A DNA stretch of 64,000 bases. Source: Pseudomonadota bacterium (GTDB lineage: Bacteria > Desulfobacterota > Desulfobacteria > Desulfobacterales > JBDRRP01). Location: assembly GCA_043825735.1 (NCBI GenBank), contig JBDRRP010000090.1, positions 1-64,000 of the forward strand. The letters are read 5' to 3'. The notes beneath the pieces were generated by a model. It searched no databases. It had not been told where the DNA came from and saw nothing but the letters and a program-made list of their open reading frames with translations. Shown one piece after another: positions 10,143 through 18,697 of the stretch. Each line of letters begins with the position of its first letter. Position 1 is the stretch's first letter. The translations under genes and the position numbers were made by a program.

Positions 10143-11287
10143 CAGCGGCTGTCGCCCAACACCCACACGCAGTGGGACTGACCGCACAGGCCGTTGACTC
10201 CGTGGGCCAGTGCCGTGTGAACGCCCGGCACCTGGTGCGCTCCAGCGTCACCCCGAATCTGCAGCGCCGCCTCGGCCAGCCGGATGAGCCCGGCGGCGAT
10301 GACCGGATGCCCGCTGAGCAGGCCGCCGCTGGGGTTCACCGGCAACACGCCGTCCGGGTTGAATCGGCCCGCCATCGTGAGCCGGCCCGCCTGGCCGTCA
10401 CCGCACAATCCCATGGCTTCCAGCCACAGGAGCTCTTGGTAGGTGAAGGCGTCGTAGACCTCGGCAAGAGAAATATCTCGGGACGGGTCGTCAATGCCGG
10501 CCATGGCAAAGGCCTTGCGGGCCGCGGTGGTAAGGGCCGGCGCCCGGGACAGATCCCGGTCTCCCAGGTAGTAGGCGTCTGCGCAGAATGCGGCGCCGCG
10601 AATCCATACCGGCGGGGCCTGGTACTGGGTGGCCCGGTCTTCGGAGGCGATGATCAGCGCGCAGCAGCCGTCGGAGACCGGCGAGCAGTCCAGCTTATGA
10701 AGTGGGTCGGCGATCATTTCAGAAGCCAGCACATCGGCCACGCCGATGTCCATGGGCAACTGGGCCATGGGGTTGGCCCGGGCGTTGCCGTGGTTTTTCA
10801 CCGAGACGGCGGCAAGCTGTTCGCTGGTCGTACCGGTTCGGTGCATATAGGCCGTGGCCTGGAGGGCGGCTGCGGTGATCATGTCCATTCCCAGCGCCCG
10901 GTCATAGATGGGGTCGAATGCCGCATTGGTGATGAGGCTCGAGACGCTCTCCGATCCCTTGCTGTGGGCGGTGACCAGGGTGGTCCCGTAGGCCCCTGAA
11001 AGGATCCGGGCCAGACCGTAGAAGGCACCGAACGTGCCGTCGCCCTCCACGCAGGAGATGTTTTTCCCATAGGCGCCGCTGGCATCGCCCACCGCCATGC
11101 AGGAGATGGTGCGCCCGTCCCAGAAGTCGTTGGATGTGGTGATGATGTTGTCGATATCGCCAATGGTCATGCCCGCATCGGTCAGGGCGCGGTTCACCGC
11201 TTCCCAGGCCATGTCGGCAAAGGTTTCCGTCGGTTTTTGCGCTTCGATGCGGGTCATGCCCACGCCGATGATGGCCGCTTTTTCCAT
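10142..11287 (-). CDS. Thiolase-fold protein (Ltp4-like)
   Basis: SNDFWDGRTIS and SCVEGDG; AEVYDAFTY; VNPSGG..GHPVIAAG. Confidence 0.8.
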   Translation of the reverse strand: MEKAAIIGVGMTRIEAQKPTETFADMAWEAVNRALTDAGMTIGDIDNIITTSNDFWDGRTISCMAVGDASGAYGKNISCVEGDGTFGAFYGLARILSGAYGTTLVTAHSKGSESVSSLITNAAFDPIYDRALGMDMITAAALQATAYMHRTGTTSEQLAAVSVKNHGNARANPMAQLPMDIGVADVLASEMIADPLHKLDCSPVSDGCCALIIASEDRATQYQAPPVWIRGAAFCADAYYLGDRDLSRAPALTTAARKAFAMAGIDDPSRDISLAEVYDAFTYQELLWLEAMGLCGDGQAGRLTMAGRFNPDGVLPVNPSGGLLSGHPVIAAGLIRLAEAALQIRGDAGAHQVPGVHTALAHGVNGLCGQSHCVWVLGDSR

Positions 11288-11311
11288 TGTCGTTCTCCGA
11301 AAGGGTTTGAG

Positions 11312-11776
11312 CTAGGCCAGGGGTTTGAAGTGCCGGATGTCCATGATGCTGCCCGTGCGCGTCTCTGCGAACACCGGCGTCACCCGCAGCCCGATATGCA
11401 CCGCTTCCGGCGCGATGTCGTCCAGATGGTGGAGCAGCGCTGTGTCGGCCCCGTCCAGGCTGATGAGTGCGAAGATGACGGGGACCGGTTTCGGCAGGGC
11501 CGCCAGCTGACGGCGGGCCACCGTAAACGAGGCGACGGTGCCGGTGCCCGGCAGCGTCACCCACTCGGCGTGCTGCGTGAAGCATTGCGGGCAGCTCTTG
11601 CGGGGCGGCACGGTAACGGTGCCGCAGTCCTTGCATCGTGTGGCCGTCAGCCGGGCGTCATCGCGCAGGGCCGCATAAAACCGGCTGGCCGTGTCTCCGG
11701 CCCACCAGTGGTAGGGGACGTTGATCTGGCTTTCCAGGGTCATGGGGGTGGTGTTTATAAACGTGTCGATCATCAT
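11312..11776 (-). CDS. Zn-ribbon/OB-fold (DUF35) protein
   Basis: RCKDCGTVTVPPRKSCPQC; start placed at MMIDT after a GGGAG RBS. Confidence 0.9.
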   Translation of the reverse strand: MMIDTFINTTPMTLESQINVPYHWWAGDTASRFYAALRDDARLTATRCKDCGTVTVPPRKSCPQCFTQHAEWVTLPGTGTVASFTVARRQLAALPKPVPVIFALISLDGADTALLHHLDDIAPEAVHIGLRVTPVFAETRTGSIMDIRHFKPLA

Positions 11777-11823
11777 AAGGCTCCCGGTGGTTTTTTTAAT
11801 TATGGGTCTTCTCCAATTTAGTT

Positions 11824-12081
11824 GGAGAAAAGGGTTCAAGGGTTCGAGGGTTCAAGGGGTGCGCCTATACGGCTTAACAGCGGCAAGGGGCCAAGTAACG
11901 GCATCGGGCGATATTCAGTACTTTTTCGGCCGGCAGCCGATCGGAGCGGCATATTAGCGGTGAGATCAAAACGCAGATTCACTGCAGGCGCTCCTAAGTC
12001 TTTCGGTCGGTAGACGTAATTGGCTGTTTTCTTTGTTGCTTTTCACTCGAACCCTTGGACCCTCGGATCCTCGAACCCTTC
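11824..12081. repeat. Element with inverted terminal octamer arrays (GGGTTCRA)n (family E); related at 20605-20687 and 51934-52202
   Basis: GGAGAAAAGGGTTCAAGGGTTCGAGGGTTCAAGGGG ... CACTCGAACCCTTGGACCCTCGGATCCTCGAACCCT. Confidence 0.75.
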
Positions 12082-13882
12082 AATTGTCATACATCTCCTC
12101 GATGAGCGCGGCGTATTTTTCAAGGACGACCTTTCGCTTGAGCTTGAGCGACGGGGTCAACTCTCCGGCTTCCTGGGAAAACTCCCGGGGCAGCACCCGG
12201 TAGCGTTTGATGGTCTCAAAGCGCGGCAAATACTTGTTTCGCTCCTGGACGTGCTCGTCGATGACGGCCAGAAAGGCCGGGGCGTCCAGGAGCTCGGCCG
12301 GCTGCGTAAAGGGGATCTGTCGACTTGCGGCCACGGCGGCGGCCTGATCCAGGTTGACGGTGATCAGCGCGCTCAAAAACTTGCGACGATCGCCGATGAC
12401 CAGAAACTGTGCAAACAGCGGATCGCTGACGAAGACGTTTTCTATTTTCTGCGGGGCGATGTTTTTTCCGCCGGAGGTGATGATGATGTTTTTTTTCCGG
12501 TCGGTGATCATGAGAAATCCGGCGTCGTCGAAGGTGCCGATATCGCCCGTGCGGAAATACCCGTCCTCGGTAAAGGCGGCGCGTGTTTCGTCCTCCATCC
12601 GCCAGTAACCGGCAAAGACGTTGTCTCCCTTGATGAGGATTTCGCCGTCCTCGGCGATCTTCATGTCCACCCCGGGCAGGGGGCGCCCCACGGTGCCGAT
12701 GCGGTAATCGGCCAGGTTGCTCATGGTGGCCGGGGCAAAGCATTCGGTCATGCCGTAGCCCTCCACCACCATAATGCCTGCGGCATTGAAAAACAGGACA
12801 ATCTCCCTGGCGGTGGGCGCTCCGGAGGCGGTCATCCAGCGCACGCGCCCCCCCAGCGCGTCGCGCAGTTTTTTGAAAATCATGCGGTAGGCCAGTTTGT
12901 ATTGAAGTGCCAGCCAGAAGGGCACGGGGGCTTTTTGCTCCCGAAGGGTGCTCATACGGGTGCCGATCCGGTGCCCCCACCAGAAGATCTTCTGCCGCCA
13001 CGGCGGTTGACACTGCACCTGGGTCAGAATCCGCTGATAGACCTTTTCGCAGACCCGGGGCACGGCAAGGATCATGCTCGGCCGCTTTTGGGCGAAGTCC
13101 TGCAACAGGGTGTTGATGTTTTCAGCGTAGGTGGCAGTGATACCGATATACATTCCGTAGAAGTGGCCGGCGGCCCGTTCGAACACGTGGCTCAAGGGAA
13201 GAAACGGCACCGTCTGGTCGGTATCGTAGGCAAAACGGGGCCGAATGGCATCCAGCATCCGAATGACTGCCATGATGTTGCCGTGGGTGATCATGGCGCC
13301 CTTGGGCCTACCGGTGGTGCCCGAGGTGTAAACCAGGGTGGCCAGATCCGACGGGGTCACGGCGGCGGACAGTGTTTCAAAACGTCCTTCATCCTGCGCT
13401 GCGGCCGCTTCGCCAGTTTTCAGCATGGCGGCAAAGTTCGTCACGGCCGGGTTGTCACTGTAGCGGGGATCCGGATCCATGACCACGATGTGGGTCAGCT
13501 CAGGGCACTGGGCCAGCGCTGCAAGTGCTTTCTCCAGCTGCTCGCCGTTTTCAACCACCAGGACGCGCGCACCGGCATCGCCCACGATGAAGGCCACTTC
13601 GTCCGCCGTCAGTGTGGCGTAGATGGGGACCAGGCAGCCGCCGATGCCCAGGGTTCCCATATCGGTGTAGAGCCATTCCAGCCGGTTCTCAGCAAGCAGC
13701 GCGACCCGGTCGCCAGGCGCAACGCCCATATCGCGCAGTGCCATGCCCACCGCCCTGGCCCGGGTGTGATACTGGCGCCAGGTGGCACGCTGCCATGCGT
13801 CGCCCTGCTTCTTTTCGATGGCCGGCCGGTCACCGTAGGTTTCTGCGCGGTTTCGGAATACCTGATTGATGGTCTGTTCCAC
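12080..13882 (-). CDS. Long-chain fatty acid-CoA ligase (AMP-dependent synthetase)
   Basis: YTSGTTGRPKG, EGYGMTE, YFRTGDIG, DRKKNIIITSGGKN. Confidence 0.92.
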   Translation of the reverse strand: MEQTINQVFRNRAETYGDRPAIEKKQGDAWQRATWRQYHTRARAVGMALRDMGVAPGDRVALLAENRLEWLYTDMGTLGIGGCLVPIYATLTADEVAFIVGDAGARVLVVENGEQLEKALAALAQCPELTHIVVMDPDPRYSDNPAVTNFAAMLKTGEAAAAQDEGRFETLSAAVTPSDLATLVYTSGTTGRPKGAMITHGNIMAVIRMLDAIRPRFAYDTDQTVPFLPLSHVFERAAGHFYGMYIGITATYAENINTLLQDFAQKRPSMILAVPRVCEKVYQRILTQVQCQPPWRQKIFWWGHRIGTRMSTLREQKAPVPFWLALQYKLAYRMIFKKLRDALGGRVRWMTASGAPTAREIVLFFNAAGIMVVEGYGMTECFAPATMSNLADYRIGTVGRPLPGVDMKIAEDGEILIKGDNVFAGYWRMEDETRAAFTEDGYFRTGDIGTFDDAGFLMITDRKKNIIITSGGKNIAPQKIENVFVSDPLFAQFLVIGDRRKFLSALITVNLDQAAAVAASRQIPFTQPAELLDAPAFLAVIDEHVQERNKYLPRFETIKRYRVLPREFSQEAGELTPSLKLKRKVVLEKYAALIEEMYDN

Positions 13883-13926
13883 GGCTGGCGTCCTTCGGGT
13901 GTGGGTTTATTATGAATGGTTCAAAT

Positions 13927-14210
13927 TTGATGAATCCGTAAAAAGTGGTTTTTTCTTTTTCCGTCATCCCGGACGAGTGAAACGAGATCCGGGATCCAGT
14001 GATTTCGAGCACTTCTGGACCCCGGCGGTCGCCAGGGTGACGGGTCTTGAGACTTTTTACCGGTTCATCAAAGTTGATGAATCCGTAAACAGTGGTTTTG
14101 AACCGCAGAGATCGCAGAGGAACGCAGAGAATATGTTTAATTATTGGTGGGGCATCTCCGTGTTCTCTGCGTCCTCTGTGGTGATTTCAGACTTTTTACG
14201 GGACCATCAA
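13927..14210. repeat. Two tandem family A elements (13927-14071 and 14074-14210) with different interiors
   Basis: Each begins TTGATGAATCCGTAAA and ends CTTTTTAC..CATCAA. Confidence 0.88.
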
Positions 14211-14421
14211 CGATCATCGCTCAACGCTTCGTATCGCAGCCCCCGGTTATTCCCTTAGGAGACCAGGTGAAAAAAGTCAACGTTTTGTTGAATCAGATTC
14301 AAATTTATAATACACTTCGAAAAAAACATCGAATTCGAATATGGTTTTACTGTTTGGCGGGCGCCGCGGCTAAAAGGCGCGCGGGGTGTCATCACACGGG
14401 AAAACAGGACAGGAGGATGTC

Positions 14422-16299
14422 ATGAATGAAGTGCTGGCCATCAGGAGTGTTGCCGATATCGCGGCTATCGAGGAGACACCGTACATGGAGCGGGTGCCGG
14501 CCACCGACACCTATTCGGCCATCGTCCACGGCGCCGGCCGAAATCCGGATGCCGTCGCCATCAGTTTTCTGCTCTCCGGGGATGCCTACGACCAGCCCAT
14601 GGAGATCACCTACCGGGCGCTGCTGGCGCGCATCAGGCAGACGGCCAACCTGTTTCACGATCTGGGTGTGGGGCCGAGCGACGTGGTGACCTACCTGTTG
14701 CCCAATTTGCCCCAGACCCATTTTGTCCTCTGGGGCGCCGAGGCGGTCGGGATCGTCAACCCCATCAATCCGCTGCTGGAGGCCGGCACCATCCGCGACA
14801 TCTGCATTGCGGCCAAGACGACGGTGCTCGTGGCGCTGGGGCAGATGCCGGGCTCGGATATCTGGGAGAAGGTCGAAAAGATCCGCACCGAAATACCCAC
14901 CCTCCAGCGGATCGTCCGCGTCTTCGGCCCCTCTGACGAGATCCGGGGTATTGTGGGCTACGACGAGGTCATCGACCGGTACCCCGGTGACCGGCTGACG
15001 TTTGAACGGGTCATTGACCCCGACGACATTTCCAGCCTCTACCATACCGGCGGCACCACCGGCACACCGAAACTGGCCCGGCGGTCCCATTTCAACGAAG
15101 TGATCATGGCCTGGATCCTACAGTCCATGGGCGAGATGACCCAGGAGACGACCCTGCTTTGCGGTCTGCCGCTGTTTCATGTCAACGGCACTACCGTGAC
15201 CGGGCTGGGACCCTTCAGCGTGGGGGCTCACGTGGTGATCCTCTCGCCCCGGGGCTACCGGGATCCTTCCGTCATAAAGAACTTCTTCAAAATCGTCGAG
15301 CGATACAGGGCCTTTACCTTTTCAGCGGTGCCCACCGTGCTTTCCATATTGCTGGAGATCCCGGTCGGTGAGACCGACATTTATTCCCTTCGGTATGCCA
15401 TCTGCGGAGCGGCGCCCTTGAGCGTTGAGATGTTCAAACGGTTCGAAAGCCACACCGGTATGAAGATCCTTGAAGGCTACGGGCTCACCGAGGGGGCCTG
15501 CGCCTCGTCCATCAACCCCAAGGACGGCCAGCGCAAGGTCGGCAGCATCGGTATTCGCATGCCCTACCAGCAGATGACCACGGTGATCCTCGACGACGAC
15601 GGCAACTGGCTGCGGGAGGCCGCGGTAGGAGAGATCGGGGTGGTGGCCATCAAGGGGCCCAATGTATTCAAGGGCTACGTGGAAGAGGCCCACAACACCG
15701 GCATCTGGATCGGTGATGGCTGGTTCAACACCGGTGACCTGGGCCGCCGGGACGAAGACGGCTATTTCTGGCTGACCGGCAGGAAAAAGGAGTTGATCAT
15801 TCGCGGAGGGCACAACATCGACCCGGGGATGGTGGAAGAAGTGCTTTACCGGCTTCCCGAGGTGGCGGTGGTCGCGGCGGTGGGTCGACCCGACCCCCAC
15901 GCCGGTGAGGTCCCGGTGGCGTTTGTCCAGCTCACGGAGGGCAGCACCATGAGCGAAGACGATCTGCTCACTTTTGCGCGGGCAAATATCGGGGAACGGG
16001 CCGCAGTGCCAAAGGCGATCCACATTGTCGAAGCCATCCCGCTGACTCCGGTGGGCAAGATTTTCAAACCGGCCCTGCGATGGCGGGTGATCAGTGAAAT
16101 TTACGCCGCCGAGATAGCTGCCCTGGGAGAGCTGGCCACGGATGTTTCCGTTGTGGCTGTCGAAGACAAGGTCCACGGCACCAGCGTCCGGATCAGCGTG
16201 ACACCGGCGCCGGGGGTCAGCGAAGACGTCCTTCGCGGAAAGATCGACGAACTGCTCGCCATGTACACGGTCCGCTATGTGATCGAGATGGTAAAATAA
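14422..16299 (+). CDS. Acyl-CoA synthetase
   Basis: YHTGGTTGTPK, EGYGLTE, WFNTGDLG, KIFK; AGGAGG RBS. Confidence 0.92.
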   Translation: MNEVLAIRSVADIAAIEETPYMERVPATDTYSAIVHGAGRNPDAVAISFLLSGDAYDQPMEITYRALLARIRQTANLFHDLGVGPSDVVTYLLPNLPQTHFVLWGAEAVGIVNPINPLLEAGTIRDICIAAKTTVLVALGQMPGSDIWEKVEKIRTEIPTLQRIVRVFGPSDEIRGIVGYDEVIDRYPGDRLTFERVIDPDDISSLYHTGGTTGTPKLARRSHFNEVIMAWILQSMGEMTQETTLLCGLPLFHVNGTTVTGLGPFSVGAHVVILSPRGYRDPSVIKNFFKIVERYRAFTFSAVPTVLSILLEIPVGETDIYSLRYAICGAAPLSVEMFKRFESHTGMKILEGYGLTEGACASSINPKDGQRKVGSIGIRMPYQQMTTVILDDDGNWLREAAVGEIGVVAIKGPNVFKGYVEEAHNTGIWIGDGWFNTGDLGRRDEDGYFWLTGRKKELIIRGGHNIDPGMVEEVLYRLPEVAVVAAVGRPDPHAGEVPVAFVQLTEGSTMSEDDLLTFARANIGERAAVPKAIHIVEAIPLTPVGKIFKPALRWRVISEIYAAEIAALGELATDVSVVAVEDKVHGTSVRISVTPAPGVSEDVLRGKIDELLAMYTVRYVIEMVK

Positions 16300-16491
16300 C
16301 TGCGATGGCACCAGGAAGAACACGAAGTTCACGAAGAAAACAATTAAATCGCAGGCTAACAGCTTCGTGAACTTCGGGGTTATCAAAAATGCCATCGTGC
16401 CAAGCAGATTTTACAACAATACTCGGTTTGGTGCATAATCAGGTAACTGAACAGCGTTTTCGGCATGTGTTGCCGGGAAAGGAGAATACCC

Positions 16492-17295
16492 GTGGCATTG
16501 CTCTATGAGAAGAAAAACAATATCGCCACCCTGACGCTGAACCGGCCCCACGCCCACAATGCCGTGGATCCGGAGACCGTCCTCGAGCTGGTGGCGGCCT
16601 GGGAGGACTATCGCGACGATGCGGCCATGCGATGTGCCGTGATTACCGGCGCTGGGGACCAGAGCTTTTGCGCCGGCGCCGATCTGGCCACCTTGATTCC
16701 GCTGTTTACCGGGGCACGCAAAGGTGAGAGCGCGGCCGAAAAAAAGGTCCAGGCCGACCCCAGCGTGTCCATGAAGGCCTTTTTGAGGGATTTTCCCCTG
16801 TTCAAACCCGTGGTGGCGGCGGTCAACGGCAACGCCATTGCCGGCGGCATGGAACTGCTCTACGGCACGGATATCCGGATCGCCGCCGACACAGCCCGAT
16901 TCGGCCTTCAGGAAGTGCGCTGGTCGGTTTTTCCCATGGGCGGATCCACGGTGCGCCTGCCGCGGCAGCTGCCCTATGCCAAGGCCATGGAAATCCTGCT
17001 TACCGGCGAGCTCATGGATGCCGCCGACGCCCTGCGCTGCGGGTTTGTAAACCGTGTGGTCCCCCAGGCCGATCTCATGGCCGAAGCCTACCGTTTTGCC
17101 GAGACCATCGCCAAAAACGGTCCGATGGCTGTGACCGCGGTGAAGCAGGCGGTTCTGGAAAATCTGGGCCGTCCGACCGAAGAAGGGCTCAAGCGGGAAA
17201 TGGAACTGGCCATCCCGGTATTTCTCAGTCAGGATGCCCGGGAAGGGCCAAGGGCGTTCAAGGAAAAAAGAGATCCGGTGTTCAAGGGGCGGTGA
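16492..17295 (+). CDS. Enoyl-CoA hydratase (EchA19-like)
   Basis: FCAGADL, IAGGMEL, GTDIR, WSVFPMGGSTVRLPRQLPY, DAREGPRAFKEKR; GTG start after AAGGAG. Confidence 0.9.
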   Translation: MALLYEKKNNIATLTLNRPHAHNAVDPETVLELVAAWEDYRDDAAMRCAVITGAGDQSFCAGADLATLIPLFTGARKGESAAEKKVQADPSVSMKAFLRDFPLFKPVVAAVNGNAIAGGMELLYGTDIRIAADTARFGLQEVRWSVFPMGGSTVRLPRQLPYAKAMEILLTGELMDAADALRCGFVNRVVPQADLMAEAYRFAETIAKNGPMAVTAVKQAVLENLGRPTEEGLKREMELAIPVFLSQDAREGPRAFKEKRDPVFKGR

Positions 17296-17296
17296 G

Positions 17297-17615
17297 TGTG
17301 CTGGCTGCGCCAGCGTCAATGGCTCGCTGCGCTCGCGTCACATGCTGGCTGTGCCAGCGTCATATGGCCGTTTCGCGACCGTCAATTGTCGGCTGCGCCG
17401 ACGTCACTGATGGTCAATTCGCTTGGCAGCCAATGACGCGCCGTCAGGCGCTATTGACGCCCCGTAGGGGCAATTGACGCGTCGAAGACGCATTTGACGC
17501 GCCGTCAGGCGCAATTGACGTTCGCGAAGCGAACCATTGACGTGCCGAAGGCACAATTGACGCGAGCATCGCGAGCATGTGACGCCGCAGGCAAATGACT
17601 CCGGCAAAAGCCGGC
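17297..17615. repeat. Large divergent array of TGAC plus GNA-loop mini-hairpin units (family D): 5 units on minus, 9 on plus
   Basis: e.g. TGAC-GCCCC-GTA-GGGGC, TGAC-GCGTC-GAA-GACGC, TGAC-GTTCGC-GAA-GCGAAC, TGAC-GTGCC-GAA-GGCAC; period about 16-22 bp. Confidence 0.9.
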
Positions 17616-17628
17616 CAAGGAACTCTTT

Positions 17629-18225
17629 ATGAAAATCGTCGGCCTCACGGGTGGTATCGCTTCGGGCAAATCGACCGTTTCGGCAATGCTGGCCGAACTG
17701 GGTGCGGCGGTCATCGACGCCGACCGGATCGCCCGGGAAGTGGTGCGGCCGGGTATGCCGGCCTATTCCCGGATCGTGGATCATTTCGGCCAAGCGGTTT
17801 TACTGCCTGACGGTGAGATTGACCGCCAGGCCCTGGGGGATATTGTCTTTTACGATGCAGCGCAAAAAGAGGTCCTAAACGCCATTGTTCACCCTGAAGT
17901 CATCTCGGCCTACGCCCTTGAGATTGCCGCGCTGGAAAAAGACCGGCCCGAAGCCCTGGTGGTCATGGACGTGCCGCTGCTGCTGGAGAGCCGAATGCAC
18001 GAAGGGCTTTGCGAAGTCATCGTGGTCTATGTCCCCGAATCGCTCCAGCGAAAACGCCTCATGGCTCGCGACGGCATTTCAGCAGCCGATGCCGATGCCC
18101 GCATCGGCTCTCAGATGCCCATTGAAGAAAAAAAACGCTGCGCCACCATCGTCATCGACAACACGGGCGATCTTGCCGAGACCCGGCGCCAGGTGACGGC
18201 CGCGTTTCACCGTCTGGTGTCCTGA
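17629..18225 (+). CDS. coaE: Dephospho-CoA kinase
   Basis: GLTGGIASGKSTV, IDADRIAREVV, IVHPEV, DVPLLLE. Confidence 0.95.
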   Translation: MKIVGLTGGIASGKSTVSAMLAELGAAVIDADRIAREVVRPGMPAYSRIVDHFGQAVLLPDGEIDRQALGDIVFYDAAQKEVLNAIVHPEVISAYALEIAALEKDRPEALVVMDVPLLLESRMHEGLCEVIVVYVPESLQRKRLMARDGISAADADARIGSQMPIEEKKRCATIVIDNTGDLAETRRQVTAAFHRLVS

Positions 18226-18291
18226 CCCCCGCCTTTTCGGTCGTACTTGCATCTTTTCCCTGCCGTCGCCTATAGTGCCCCTGCTCCAATG

Positions 18292-18657
18292 TTGATGGTC
18301 CCGAAAAAGTCCGAATCTCTCGCAAAGCCGCAGAGATCGCAAAGCTAAAAAAATGATATTAAAAATGTTTTGCGGTTCTCTATGAAGCTCCAGTTGTCCG
18401 GTGGCCCGGTCCATCGGCGCCCGGACACGCGGCATGAATGACCCTGCCCGCCAAGGGCGCCCCGTGGTTGACGGGTGTTATCGAAATCGCTATCGGGATC
18501 GAAATCGCAATCGGCGGTTGCCGTTACCACGGTGGCAGCAAATGGCGGATCAGGGACAAAATAATTGCCAACACCCGATACCGATAGCGATACCGATTGC
18601 GATGAACGGCGCGCTTGGCGTCTTTGCGAGAAAATTGCTTTTTTACGGATTCATCAT
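18292..18657. repeat. Family A element with nested CGCAAAG-type and hexamer repeats
   Basis: TTGATGGTCCCGAAAAAGT ... CTTTTTTACGGATTCATCA enclosing an inverted (NNCGAT)n pair. Confidence 0.75.
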
Positions 18658-18697
18658 CATTAGACAACGAACTTGCTTTTAACACGGGTACGCGATC

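Noticed and set aside
9092..13915. Long plus-strand ORFs 9092..10999 and 12020..13915 (likewise 5856..7253, 37203..39626, 45533..46807)
   Set aside because: Antisense shadows of well-supported genes in GC-rich DNA; no motifs
17297..17615. CRISPR interpretation of the TGAC arrays
   Set aside because: Constant part is only 4-7 bp, variable parts are self-complementary and reused between loci, and there are no cas genes
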